This document shows positions 31,271-41,376 of a DNA stretch of 64,000 nucleotides, one piece after another (within the stretch, counting starts at the first letter, position 1; every line of letters begins with the position of its first letter). Source of the stretch: a bacterium (GTDB lineage Bacteria; UBA8248); contig CBDATS010000004.1 of assembly GCA_965200245.1 (NCBI GenBank), positions 352,001-416,000 of the forward strand, read 5' to 3'. Below the pieces are notes generated by a model. It ran no database searches, was not told where the DNA came from, and saw only the letters and a list, made by a program, of their open reading frames with translations. Position numbers and translations under genes: made by a program.

Positions 31271-32235
31271 GCCTGACCCTCTGTGCGCGGCGCTTCATAC
31301 AGGGTGTCGAGCGCCTGTTTCTCGCGGCGCAGCACGTAGATCGCCGTAAGAACGATGAAAATCATGATAACCATGACGATGTAGGACATCGCCGCGCCCT
31401 TCGAAATGTCGAACGACACCCAGGTCGTGAAATAGAGGTAGATGGGTATCGTCTCGGTGGCGGTGCCCGGCCCTCCCTGGATGAGGCCCCATGTCTTGGG
31501 GAATTCCGCCATCGCTTCCAGGAAGCGCAGGATGAGTGCCAGGAAGATGACGGGGCGCAGGAGCGGAAGCTGTATCTCACGGAATATCTGAAAGCGGTTC
31601 GCTCCCAGGATGCGCGCGGCCTCAACGGGTTCTGTCGGCAGCGAGGAGAGGCCCGCCAGCATGATGATGAAGACGAAAGGAGTCCAGTTCCATACTTCCA
31701 GCAGGATAATCGTAAAGATGGCGAAATTCGGATTCGACAGCCAAGTAAACTTCGAAAGGTCTCCCGGCAGGAAATAACTCAAAAACCCGTTGATGGGTCC
31801 TTTTTCGTACAAGAGCATGTCGGCGGTGTAGGCAATGACCACCGGCACCGTCAGCATGGGGAGGATGAAGAGAATATAGAAGAACGCCTGTCCCCGGAAG
31901 GGTCTGTACATCAACAGCGCCAGCGCGAAACCGCAAATGAAACAACCCAGCGTCGAGAGGCCCGCGAACAGGAGCGAGCGCCCCATGGCCTTCCAGAAGC
32001 GATCCTCACCCAACACCTCCTGGAACAACTCGAAACCCACGTATTCCGCATCGAACCAGGTGGAGAGATAGACCGTCCATGAATGAAACGAAAAGTATAT
32101 CTGCAGGAGAAACACGGGCATCAGGAACGCGAACAACAGAATCAGCGGGGTGAGCGTGCTCCATTTGAATATGCGCACGCCACGGGCACGCGTGGAACGT
32201 CTACCCTTGGGCTGCGCTATTGTGGCTGTCGCCAT
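31267..32235 (-). CDS. Carbohydrate ABC transporter permease (MalF-like)
   Basis: WNWTPF...LAGL, EAARILGA and GGPGTATET motifs. Confidence 0.92.
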   Translation of the reverse strand: MATATIAQPKGRRSTRARGVRIFKWSTLTPLILLFAFLMPVFLLQIYFSFHSWTVYLSTWFDAEYVGFELFQEVLGEDRFWKAMGRSLLFAGLSTLGCFICGFALALLMYRPFRGQAFFYILFILPMLTVPVVIAYTADMLLYEKGPINGFLSYFLPGDLSKFTWLSNPNFAIFTIILLEVWNWTPFVFIIMLAGLSSLPTEPVEAARILGANRFQIFREIQLPLLRPVIFLALILRFLEAMAEFPKTWGLIQGGPGTATETIPIYLYFTTWVSFDISKGAAMSYIVMVIMIFIVLTAIYVLRREKQALDTLYEAPRTEGQA

Positions 32236-32398
32236 TCAAAAAGACTCCTAACGACAACGAATGAATCGGAGCTTTCGCCGGGAAACATCCGGAAGTGATC
32301 TGTGTGCCGTCGGCCGGGGCGGCGGTCCCCGCCTGCCCCGGCCAGCGAAACATGGACCCTCTCCCCGGAGCCACGCCCCGGGGAGAGAGGTAAACTTT

Positions 32399-33847
32399 CT
32401 ACGAGGGCTTGTCCACCTTCGGCATCATGGCCTTGTAGAATGGAATCTCCTTCTTGAGCTTGCGCTTGCCCACCTTGCGTATGATCTTGGCCCACTCGTT
32501 CTGGATGTCGCCCATCACTTTCTTCGCTCCCTTCTTGCGGCCCGCGTAGGCTTCGGAGAGGTTGCGGTCGACGACCTCCTTGAATTCCTGGTAGCCGGTC
32601 ACATATGGCGGCGGGCAGGTAATGAGGAGGTTGTCTTCGACGGACTTGATGCCTTCCTTCGTGTAGACCTTGGTCACCTGAGGGTCGGTCATGTGCTTGG
32701 GATGCCAGGGATCGTGGAAGGTGAACTTCGGATGGCCCACGACTTCGGCACTGTTTTTGTAGGTACTCATGTACATCGCCCATGCGACGGCTTGTTTCTT
32801 GCGCGGGCTGTGGCGGTTGACGACCATGCCCATCACAGGAGCGGAGAAGGCGCGGTGGATGAGCTTGCCGGAGAACTTCGAACCCGGCACCAGGCCGTAA
32901 CGCCACTTGCCCCTCGTCTTCGTTCCCGCCGTCGGGCTTTCGATGGCCGCGATAATCCCGTCCCAGTACTGGCAGGAGAAAATCTTGCCGTTACGGATCC
33001 GGGGGATCATCTGCGGCGAACCCCAGGCGGCCGCCTCGGGGTGGGAAACCTGCTTGCGCGCAAGCCAGGTATCGAAGGCGTAATGGGCCGCGGGTGTGTT
33101 CAGCGTGGGGTTGGCGTCGTCGTCGAACGGGAAGCCACCCGCGCTGTAGAGGTACATCCAGTACCAGAAACTGCTGTTCGCCTTATCACGCAGGCCGCCG
33201 AAACCGTAGAGTTCCTTGTCGGGCCTGTGGAAATGCTTCATCATCTCGAGTTCGTCTTCCCAGGTGACGGGCCACTTGAGGGGCTTGCCGTGCTTGTCGG
33301 CGAAGGCCTTGCGCTCGTCAGGATTGTCGAAGAGATCCTTGCGGATGAACTGCGGGCAGACGTTGCCGTCCGTGGGCATGGCGTAGGTCTTGCCCTGATA
33401 CGTCATGAAGCTCTCGAAGTTGCCCACCATCTTGAGATCGAAGCCAGCGGCCTTCATATAGCCGTCGAGAGGCTCAAGCATTCCCGCCGCAGCGAGGGAG
33501 GGAATCATCATGGATTCGACGTGAAAGATGTCGAACTTGCCCGAGCGCGTGATGGCCTCGGCCATTGCCCGCTGGGGAATCTGCAGGTTGGGAACGTCAC
33601 TGACCTTGTCCATGGAGATGCCGGTATGCTTGTTGAACTCGCGGTTCAGGTCAGGATAGTTGCGCCAGTAGAGGCCCCACATCATTCCATTCAGCTTGGC
33701 ACCGCCAAGCTTTTTCGCCGCTTTGACGACGGCATCTTCCTCAGGCCCGGCGTAGGCTTTGCCGCCGCCCAGAACGGCGGGTCCCGCAACGGCGGTGGCC
33801 AGACCGGTCTTGAGGAGGCTTCTTCTCTTGATTTGCTTCTCGCTCAT
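32399..33847 (-). CDS. Tat-exported ABC solute-binding protein (family 1)
   Basis: KRRSLLK twin-arginine signal; MLEPLD, RKDLF and P.TWED motifs. Confidence 0.9.
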   Translation of the reverse strand: MSEKQIKRRSLLKTGLATAVAGPAVLGGGKAYAGPEEDAVVKAAKKLGGAKLNGMMWGLYWRNYPDLNREFNKHTGISMDKVSDVPNLQIPQRAMAEAITRSGKFDIFHVESMMIPSLAAAGMLEPLDGYMKAAGFDLKMVGNFESFMTYQGKTYAMPTDGNVCPQFIRKDLFDNPDERKAFADKHGKPLKWPVTWEDELEMMKHFHRPDKELYGFGGLRDKANSSFWYWMYLYSAGGFPFDDDANPTLNTPAAHYAFDTWLARKQVSHPEAAAWGSPQMIPRIRNGKIFSCQYWDGIIAAIESPTAGTKTRGKWRYGLVPGSKFSGKLIHRAFSAPVMGMVVNRHSPRKKQAVAWAMYMSTYKNSAEVVGHPKFTFHDPWHPKHMTDPQVTKVYTKEGIKSVEDNLLITCPPPYVTGYQEFKEVVDRNLSEAYAGRKKGAKKVMGDIQNEWAKIIRKVGKRKLKKEIPFYKAMMPKVDKPS

Positions 33848-33980
33848 CTGGGTGTTCCTCCTTGATCCATGGGGTCGCCCGACAGGGCTAAATAAAACCT
33901 GCTTCGTGCGTTCATATTACGATGAGAACCGGCCGACGGATGAATAAACCTGCTCTACGGCCCATATCTGCAACACCTGA

Positions 33981-34025
33981 TATCTAGATACCGACACGTT
34001 ATATGGAAGAAGCGATTTTTGTCAA
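33981..34025 (-). promoter_or_regulatory. Sigma70-like promoter plus palindromic operator for the ABC operon
   Basis: Minus strand TTGACA-N16-TATAAC (34025-33998); perfect palindrome TATCTAGATA at 33981-33990. Confidence 0.55.
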
Positions 34026-34108
34026 CAAGCGATGCGATGCCGCCTCAGAATATTTTCGGGCTGCAATCGCCGGGGTTTTCAAAATGGGGCAGGTGGGTGG
34101 AAAAGACG

Positions 34109-34153
34109 AAAAACCTCTCTCCCCGGCGCGGTTCCAGTGCCGGGGAGAGAGGT
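34109..34153 (-). terminator. Terminator after the universal stress protein gene
   Basis: ACCTCTCTCCCCGGC / GCCGGGGAGAGAGGT stem with an A-run on the plus strand. Confidence 0.75.
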
Positions 34154-34181
34154 GGAAACCTGCAGTCTATTTTCCGTTTGG

Positions 34182-34739
34182 TTACTCGTTTCCGCTGTTC
34201 TTCGCCGCTTCCATCTCCTCCATCTTCTTGAGCGCCACCTTGTCCCTCAACAGGAACACCGGGCAGGGAGCGCGCCTCAGTACCTGCTCGGAGACGCTGC
34301 CGATCAGAAAGCGACTCACCATGTTGTGGCCGTGCGTACCCATGACGAGGAGGTCGAAATCTCCCGTTTCTGCGAATTGGACGATCTCCTTCACCGGCTC
34401 GCCGAAGACGACGAGCGTATCGATGGGCACGGCCGATTCGACCTGCTTCGTCATCACGTCGAGATTGCTCTGCAGTTCCAGGCGCGTATCCTCGAGCAGG
34501 CGGCTCGAAGAGACTGTGCCCACGAGTTCCGCGGTGTAGCCGCCGTATTTCGCCGCATAGTCCGGGTTTCTCGCCACGTGGATGGCCATGACTTCCGCAT
34601 TTCGATTTTCACCGATCTCCGCTGCGACCTTCAGGACGCCCCTGCTCAGTTCAGAGAAATCTGCGGCTGCCAGTACTTTCTGGGATCGTATATTCGCATG
34701 ACGTTTCCCTCCGATATAGAAATGCGATGTTTCCGTCAT
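34182..34739 (-). CDS. Universal stress protein (UspA family)
   Basis: VLAAADFS and DLLVMGTHG...IGSVSEQVLRRAPCPV motifs. Confidence 0.93.
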   Translation of the reverse strand: MTETSHFYIGGKRHANIRSQKVLAAADFSELSRGVLKVAAEIGENRNAEVMAIHVARNPDYAAKYGGYTAELVGTVSSSRLLEDTRLELQSNLDVMTKQVESAVPIDTLVVFGEPVKEIVQFAETGDFDLLVMGTHGHNMVSRFLIGSVSEQVLRRAPCPVFLLRDKVALKKMEEMEAAKNSGNE

Positions 34740-34998
34740 TGCGTCGAGCAAAAAGCGGAGCCTTCGGAGGCCCCGCTTTCAGGATCGTTATTATTTCCCG
34801 CCTCCGCCTTGCTTCGACCGGCGGAGGCCTGCCGAATGCCTGCGCCAGCTATCCTTTGACATCCCCCAAAGAGGCCAGCGCTCGCTCCGGGGGACTACAT
34901 CTTCTCACTTCATCGACCCCCTCTATCGTCTACTTCCAATATAGTCCCTCGCGCGCCGTCTTTCAAGGGTAATTTGCACGCAAGCGGCCTCGCAAGCT

Positions 34999-35982
34999 TC
35001 AGTCGATCTCCACCACCACGTTGCCTACGTTCGCGAAATTCTCCATCACTTCGTGCGCCGCGGCGGTTTCCTCCAGGGAAAACCGCGCGCCGATGTGGTG
35101 GGTGAGTGCCCCTGCCGCGCATGCGGCGTTGATGTCCGTGCAGGCCTGGTCGATGGCGGAATCCGGCATCGTGTAGACGAACACCATGCGAATAGCCGTA
35201 TTGCGAGGCATCATCTGATACCAGGGCAGCACAGGCTCGGGGGCGCGCGTGGAGCCATAAGCCGCGACGGTACCGTTTTCCTTGATCACTTTGCGGGTGA
35301 TGTCCAGATTCTCGCCGAAGTCCACCTCGCAGACCCTGTCCACGCCCGCCCCGTCGGTGATCTCAATAATGCGCTCCGCTGCACCCTCATCGCGGTAGTT
35401 CACTATGTGATCCGCACCCGCCTCGCGCGCGATCTGCGCTTTCTCCCCGTTGCTCACGGTGGCGATGACCTTTGCACCCCCCCATTTGCCGAGTTGCACC
35501 CCGTAACGCCCCACGGCGCCTGCCCCGCCGGTGACGAGTGCCGTCTCCCCCGCAATCGGCCCGTCCAGGAACAAGGCCCTGTGAGCCGTCATGGCCGGAA
35601 TCGCCAGGCACGCCCCCTGGGCGAAATCCATCGAGTCCGCCAGCGGCACCGCCTGTCGCTCGGGCACGACGATAAACTCCGCCGCCGTGCCGTAGGGCCT
35701 TTCCCACTGGCCGTTGAAAATCCAGACACGCTCGCCCACGCGGGTCGCGTCCACCCCCTCGCCCACACTATCGATGATACCTGCACCGTCCGAATGGGGG
35801 ATGATTCTCGGCCAGCGCATATCACCTCTCGAACCTAGGCGTGCCTTGTAGTCCGAGGGGTTCGCGCCCGATGCGTACACCCTCACGCGCACCTCGCCGG
35901 CGCCTGGCTCGGGAGTATCGAGTTCACCGACTTTCAGTACTTCTTTCGCCGGCCCATACGCTTCATACCAGACGGCTCGCAT
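34999..35982 (-). CDS. NADPH:quinone reductase (zeta-crystallin/MDR family)
   Basis: NPSDYK, IPHSDGAG and VTGGAGAVG motifs; no Zn ligands. Confidence 0.92.
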   Translation of the reverse strand: MRAVWYEAYGPAKEVLKVGELDTPEPGAGEVRVRVYASGANPSDYKARLGSRGDMRWPRIIPHSDGAGIIDSVGEGVDATRVGERVWIFNGQWERPYGTAAEFIVVPERQAVPLADSMDFAQGACLAIPAMTAHRALFLDGPIAGETALVTGGAGAVGRYGVQLGKWGGAKVIATVSNGEKAQIAREAGADHIVNYRDEGAAERIIEITDGAGVDRVCEVDFGENLDITRKVIKENGTVAAYGSTRAPEPVLPWYQMMPRNTAIRMVFVYTMPDSAIDQACTDINAACAAGALTHHIGARFSLEETAAAHEVMENFANVGNVVVEID

Positions 35983-36090
35983 ACCTTCTCCTTTTTTTCC
36001 TTAGCTTGATGTATCAATCAGGATAATTGCCGTAAGACGTCTCTTCTCTCATCGACATGATCGTGCCAATGCGCCAGTCATACCGCAGTC

Positions 36091-37209
36091 TCAAGCGGCG
36101 GCGCGTTCGCGCTCTATCAGTTTCTTGACGAGTGGGATGAGGTCGCGCGCGGCGCGGTGGCATTCCTCTACATGGGGATAGCCCGACAGGATGAACTCGT
36201 CGATGCCAAGCAACCAGTAGCCGAGAAGCTCCTCCGCGATCTGCGCAGGTGTCCCCACGAGTGCGGAACCGCAGTTCACCCGCACCTGGGAGATGCCGTT
36301 CCAAAGATGAGGCCCGACCCTGAACTCCTCGAACGCGCGCGCCTGTGCGGCGGCGCCCACCATGCTCGTACCCGCCACCAGCGCGCCGCGCTGCGCCTTC
36401 ACGGTATCCTCCGCCAAGCTCAAAAGCTCGCGTGTCTCCTCCCAAGCCTCTTCTTCGGTATCACGCATCACCAGATGGGAGCGCACCCCGAAGGCAGACG
36501 GGCGCCCCGCCTCGGCGAAAGAGGCCCGCGCGCGCTCAAGGTGCTTTCTGGTCTCCTCAATCGGCCCGATCCAGCCGAGATAGACGTCCGACTGCGTGCC
36601 CGCGAGTTTTAGCGCGGCGGGCGATGCGCCGCCCAGATAGAACCTGGGTGCCTCTCCCGCGGGGCCGGGCGAGCAGTGCACGTCGGATAGCCTGACGAAT
36701 TTCCCCTCGAAGCTTACGGGTTCGGGCCTTTCCCAGAGCTTGCGAATGGCGGCGATGAATTCCTCCGCCCGCTCGTAGCGCGTGTCGTGGTCGATTTGCT
36801 CACCCATCTTTTCGAACTCGCCCTTGATGCCACCGGGCACGACGTTCAAATCCACACGCCCCCCGGTTATCTGGCTGAGTGTAGCCGCCATCTGTGCGAA
36901 GAGGCCGGGGTTCACGAATCCAGGACGCACGGCGATGAGAAAGCGTATCCTCTTGCTTTGCGCGGCGAGGGCCGTCACCATCGTCCATGTCTCCGCCAGG
37001 GGCGCTCCCTGGTCGAAAAGTCCATTTGCGAAGCGTGTGGGAATGAGCATGGAGTAGAAATCGTTGTCCTCTGCCGCCTTCACCACTTCGCTCAAATATT
37101 CATACGTGGGTGGACGCTCGGCCCGAAGCGTGCCGATGTGCGCGCCGTCGCCATCTATCGGGATGAACCAGTCGAAGCGCGGCTCCGGGCGTTCGTGAAT
37201 GTTCGCCAT
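36091..37209 (-). CDS. LLM monooxygenase, alkanesulfonate monooxygenase (SsuD)-like
   Basis: WFIPIDGD, FLIAVRPG, YLGGAS, ALVGTP and FILSGYPHVEE motifs. Confidence 0.88.
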   Translation of the reverse strand: MANIHERPEPRFDWFIPIDGDGAHIGTLRAERPPTYEYLSEVVKAAEDNDFYSMLIPTRFANGLFDQGAPLAETWTMVTALAAQSKRIRFLIAVRPGFVNPGLFAQMAATLSQITGGRVDLNVVPGGIKGEFEKMGEQIDHDTRYERAEEFIAAIRKLWERPEPVSFEGKFVRLSDVHCSPGPAGEAPRFYLGGASPAALKLAGTQSDVYLGWIGPIEETRKHLERARASFAEAGRPSAFGVRSHLVMRDTEEEAWEETRELLSLAEDTVKAQRGALVAGTSMVGAAAQARAFEEFRVGPHLWNGISQVRVNCGSALVGTPAQIAEELLGYWLLGIDEFILSGYPHVEECHRAARDLIPLVKKLIERERAAA

Positions 37210-37763
37210 TGGGAAAACTCCCTTCCATATTCGGGGGGACGTTCCGGCGATTCTAGTACAGATGCGCGGCGGCGCGAAAGGTGGGCGCACTCCTCCGACT
37301 ATCCTGCCCGAAAGGGCAATTTCTCATACGGAGGACCATACTCTCACATTTTATCAGCAGAAATGGGCGCGACCGTACAAATAATCCTCTGACGTCTAAA
37401 AAAACACGACGCTGTATGGACGTTCGGCCTCTATGGCGCCGCCAGCGGCGGGCGGTGTTCATCAATTCACGACAACTCTGGTCAACACACAACTCACGCC
37501 CGTGAAGGTTCGCATCGAAGCGGGAGTAAAAAGGCTCGATGCGGCGGATCGAAAACACGAACGATTCCGTTGCAGGTCTTGAAAAATACATGAACGAACG
37601 TCTCGAACGATGAAAACGATGATTTTAAGACATGGGAAGAATCTCAGAGGGAAAATCATGTGCCTATTTGGTTTCCTGTTCCACGATGAGGGACCGATTT
37701 GCTGACCATTGGGAAATTATGTCGAGAATGGACAAATACTTTCGATAGGCATTCGCAAAACCC

Positions 37764-38372
37764 CTAGGCCATGGTTTCGCTAAGCGACACGAGTTCATCG
37801 AGCGACTCCCTCGCGAAACGACTCTGGAAGACGGCCTCAGCGGAAGCACTCGGATAGACGGCCCATAGCGCGTCCTCATCGTAAAGCACGATTGTGGTGA
37901 GGGGCCGCAACACGATGGCACTCAGGATTTCGTGCGCGTCGGGCCGGTTGATCCACCTGCGGAACGAGGCTTCGCTCTGTGTCGCCAGAGTGAGTTCCCC
38001 ATCCCAGAGCGGATCGCCTGATTTCACGTCTTGAAGTGAGCCCTCTTCCAGGTTCTCGATACAGGCGCGCTCGGACGGCTGGAGACTTTCCGCTTTCTTG
38101 TGGATTCTGAACGAAAAAGACACCTCGCAGGCGACACCCATTCGCATCATGACGGGACAGCTGCCGGTTTTCGCGCGATACTCAAGCCATACGCGTCTGC
38201 CCGAATACTCTCCGTTCAAACAGCCGTCTTCGAGTCGGGCCGTACCCGCATCCAGCATCTCGGCAAGTGGTTTCAGGCGGCGTGCAAGCCGGGCTTCACG
38301 AAAGAAAACGTAATAGACGACCGCACCCACGAGCACCGCCAGAGCGAGCAGGCCCGGCCCGTCGATCAGCAT
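37764..38372 (-). CDS. Hypothetical membrane-anchored protein
   Basis: N-terminal TM helix; overlaps the VOC gene stop. Confidence 0.6.
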   Translation of the reverse strand: MLIDGPGLLALAVLVGAVVYYVFFREARLARRLKPLAEMLDAGTARLEDGCLNGEYSGRRVWLEYRAKTGSCPVMMRMGVACEVSFSFRIHKKAESLQPSERACIENLEEGSLQDVKSGDPLWDGELTLATQSEASFRRWINRPDAHEILSAIVLRPLTTIVLYDEDALWAVYPSASAEAVFQSRFARESLDELVSLSETMA

Positions 38373-38869
38373 TCATCCTCCTGGGCATCCTGCCAGGCGG
38401 GGCGGCTGCCGGGGAACATGTCCGAATCGTGAAACACCTCGATGCGGTTACCGTCCGGATCCAGAAAGTAGATGCCCTCGTGCCCGCCCCAAAGACCGTT
38501 GGTCGCATCGAGCCGCAAGGGGCCCCAGACGACCTCGATGTCGGGGCGAGAGCGAATGTAGGCCACCGCGTCGTCGAATGCCTGCTGGTCGGCCACCTCG
38601 AACGCCAGGTGGTGAAGCCCTACGTCGCGCCGCGGCACGGTGTCCCCACCTTCTTCGTCCACCCAGTCCCCAGGCACGCTGAATATCGCCAACTGGTGGT
38701 GGTAGTCGTCCAGATACATGAACGCAGAACCGAACGGAGCCGCCGGGTGGCTGCCCGCCTCGTGACGCGAGCGCAGCTTGAAACCCAGTACTTCGGAATA
38801 GAATCTGATGGCGCGATCCAGATCGCGCACCTTGATACCCATATGCTGCAAGCGGATGGAGCGAATCAT
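38366..38869 (-). CDS. VOC (glyoxalase/extradiol dioxygenase-like) protein
   Basis: HMGIKVRDL...FY..VLGF, HHQLA, LHHLAFEV and YFLDPDGNRIE motifs. Confidence 0.9.
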   Translation of the reverse strand: MIRSIRLQHMGIKVRDLDRAIRFYSEVLGFKLRSRHEAGSHPAAPFGSAFMYLDDYHHQLAIFSVPGDWVDEEGGDTVPRRDVGLHHLAFEVADQQAFDDAVAYIRSRPDIEVVWGPLRLDATNGLWGGHEGIYFLDPDGNRIEVFHDSDMFPGSRPAWQDAQEDEC

Positions 38870-39093
38870 CGGAAACCTCCGGAAAGCAGGTTCACACATG
38901 AGGACGGCGCAGGATTTCATTCGAGGATACGCGATCCGCTCGCCGGAGTCATCGCTCACAAGTCATCTCCCATGGTCGATCCGTGCACCGCTCTTGCCGA
39001 GACGGTCCAAGTGGAGTATTCCATGAGGACGCTGGAACCCATATCACTCGATTCCACGATTTCACCTGTTTTCCTCGAATGGAGGTTATCGCC

Positions 39094-39879
39094 TTGCCCA
39101 TCATCACGAACGAGACGAAAAGAAAATCCTATGCCGGAGAAGTCACCCTGGGCGCGGGCGTGCGCATGGCGCGAACGGTGGAGGTCGGCCTTGCCATGAA
39201 GGCTGCCGGCTTCGACTGGCTCTTTATCGACCTCGAACATGGGCCCTTCAACCTCGAAACCGCGCAGCAGATATCCATTGCCGCCCTGACGCAGGGCATC
39301 ACGCCGCTCGTGCGCGTGGCCTCGCTCGACCCGCACCTGAGCACGCGGGTTCTGGACGCCGGGGCGCAGGGCATCGTTCTCCCACACGTGAACAACGCGC
39401 AGGAGGCCTCGGAATTCGTAAGAATCTGCAAATTCCCGCCCGAGGGTGAACGCAGCGCGGGAGGAGGTCTGGCCCACAGCCGTTTCGAGGCCATGGAACC
39501 GATGGAACTCCTAAATGGGATCAACGACGAAACGCTTCTCGTCGCGATGATCGAGACCCCCGAAGCCGGCGATGAAGCAGACGCCATCGCCGCAGTCGAG
39601 GGAATTGACATTTTGCTCATCGGCACGAACGACTTGAGCCTGGGCATGGGAATCGTCGGCCAACACTATCATCCGCGGGTCAACAGGGTGTATGAGCAGG
39701 TGCTCGCGGCGTGCAGGAAGCACGGCAAGATAGCCGGCATGGGCGGTTCCTACGATCCCCGGATGATTGAACGCAGAATCAGGGAGGGAATGCGCTTCAT
39801 CCTCTCGGGTAGCGACCTCAGTTTCTTGAGCGCAGGCGCAAAGGCGCAGGCAAACCTGATTCGCGAACTCGCGGGTTGA
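39094..39879 (+). CDS. HpcH/HpaI class II aldolase
   Basis: GGAGG RBS + TTG start; FDWLFIDLEHG, VLDAGAQG, MIET and LIGTNDL motifs. Confidence 0.9.
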   Translation: MPIITNETKRKSYAGEVTLGAGVRMARTVEVGLAMKAAGFDWLFIDLEHGPFNLETAQQISIAALTQGITPLVRVASLDPHLSTRVLDAGAQGIVLPHVNNAQEASEFVRICKFPPEGERSAGGGLAHSRFEAMEPMELLNGINDETLLVAMIETPEAGDEADAIAAVEGIDILLIGTNDLSLGMGIVGQHYHPRVNRVYEQVLAACRKHGKIAGMGGSYDPRMIERRIREGMRFILSGSDLSFLSAGAKAQANLIRELAG

Positions 39880-39937
39880 GGCTTCCGTCCGGGATTCTCG
39901 CTGCGATTTGCATTTTCCGAAAACCCAAGGAGAGAAC

Positions 39938-40780
39938 ATGAAACTGCTTACCTATGAATCGGACACGGGGCCGCGCGTCGCCGTATTGACGGAAAACGGG
40001 GTGGAGGACATCGTCCCACATACCGGCAACGCTGCGGAAGTCATCGCCCGGGGAGGAACGCCCGAGACCAGCGGGAATCCCGTCGCTCTCGAATCCATCA
40101 GAATGCTCGCGCCAATAGCCACGCTCGCGCGGCCCGTCATCGCCGTGGGTCTCAACTACAAAAAACACGCCGATGAGGGCGCGCGCAAATACGGGCGTCC
40201 GGTGGGGGTCTACCCCGATACTCCGGTATTCTTCTGCAAGTGGCCGGGTTCGCACAACAGACCCGACGGAGAAATCATCCTTCACGAGAACGTGAACGAA
40301 CTCGACTACGAATGCGAACTCGTCATCGTGATCGGAAAGGAAGGAATCAACATCCCCCTGGACGAGGCCATGGACCATGTATATGGGTACACGATCATGA
40401 ACGAGGTCTCCGCTCGCGACGTGCAGCGCGCCCACGGCCAGTGGTTCAAAGGCAAGGCACTCGACAGCTTCGGTCCTCTGGGTCCCTGGATCGTCACCAG
40501 GGATGAGGCGGGCGACGGGGATAATCTTGCCGTCACGACGCGCGTGAATGGCGGGATACGACAGAACTCGAACACGAACGACATGATTTTCAACATCGCC
40601 ACCGTCGTCTCAGTACTTTCCGAGAGTATGACGCTCGTGCCCGGCGACATGATCGCCACAGGCACGCCCGAGGGTGTGGGCTTCGCCATGGACCCGCCGG
40701 GACTTCTGAACGTGGGCGACGTAGTGGAGTGCGAGATTGAGAACATCGGCGTGCTGAGGAGCACCGTCGTCGCACCCTGA
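39938..40780 (+). CDS. Fumarylacetoacetate hydrolase family protein
   Basis: VGLNY..H, LDYECEL, NEVSARD, KGKALD and GDMIATGTPEGVG motifs. Confidence 0.93.
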   Translation: MKLLTYESDTGPRVAVLTENGVEDIVPHTGNAAEVIARGGTPETSGNPVALESIRMLAPIATLARPVIAVGLNYKKHADEGARKYGRPVGVYPDTPVFFCKWPGSHNRPDGEIILHENVNELDYECELVIVIGKEGINIPLDEAMDHVYGYTIMNEVSARDVQRAHGQWFKGKALDSFGPLGPWIVTRDEAGDGDNLAVTTRVNGGIRQNSNTNDMIFNIATVVSVLSESMTLVPGDMIATGTPEGVGFAMDPPGLLNVGDVVECEIENIGVLRSTVVAP

Positions 40781-40875
40781 TGCCGTGAAGAGGGCGGGCA
40801 GGTTCCGGCGTCAGGTGCGATACGGGCGCAAATTTCTCCACGGCGTCCGGCGGAACCTGGCGTCCGTGGGTGAGT

Positions 40876-41376
40876 CTACTTCAGCGTTTGTTTGAGATAG
40901 GGAACGAGGCCGCCCGCCTTCACCATGTCCATGATGTGATCAGGCAGGGGTTCGGTCTCCAGCGTCTCGCCCTTCGTGAGGTTCTCGACTCTCCCCGCGA
41001 TCGGGTCGACGCGAACGCGGTCTCCCTGCTCTATTGATTCCGCATCGGCGCAGATGAGCACGGGCAGTCCGATGCAAAGCGAATTCCTGAAAAAGTTCCG
41101 CGCGAACGTTCGCGCGACAACGGCGCCCACTCCCGCGTGCTTGATCCCGCGGGGGGCCGTCTCGCGACTCGATCCGCAGCCGAAGTTCCGTCCGCCGACA
41201 ATCACGTCGCCCGACTGCACGTTTTTGGGGAAATCGGGGTCAATGCCTTCCATGGCGTGCGCGGCCAGTTCCTCATCGGGCAGGCTCGCATACTTCGACG
41301 GCATGATGTAGCCCGTATCCACGTTGTCACCGAATACCCAGGCACCGCCTTCGATGGCTTGCGTCTCGTTGCTCAT
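40876..41376 (-). CDS. LeuD/DmdB-like dehydratase small subunit
   Basis: FGDNVDT, NFGCGSSRE and FARNFFRN motifs. Confidence 0.9.
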   Translation of the reverse strand: MSNETQAIEGGAWVFGDNVDTGYIMPSKYASLPDEELAAHAMEGIDPDFPKNVQSGDVIVGGRNFGCGSSRETAPRGIKHAGVGAVVARTFARNFFRNSLCIGLPVLICADAESIEQGDRVRVDPIAGRVENLTKGETLETEPLPDHIMDMVKAGGLVPYLKQTLK

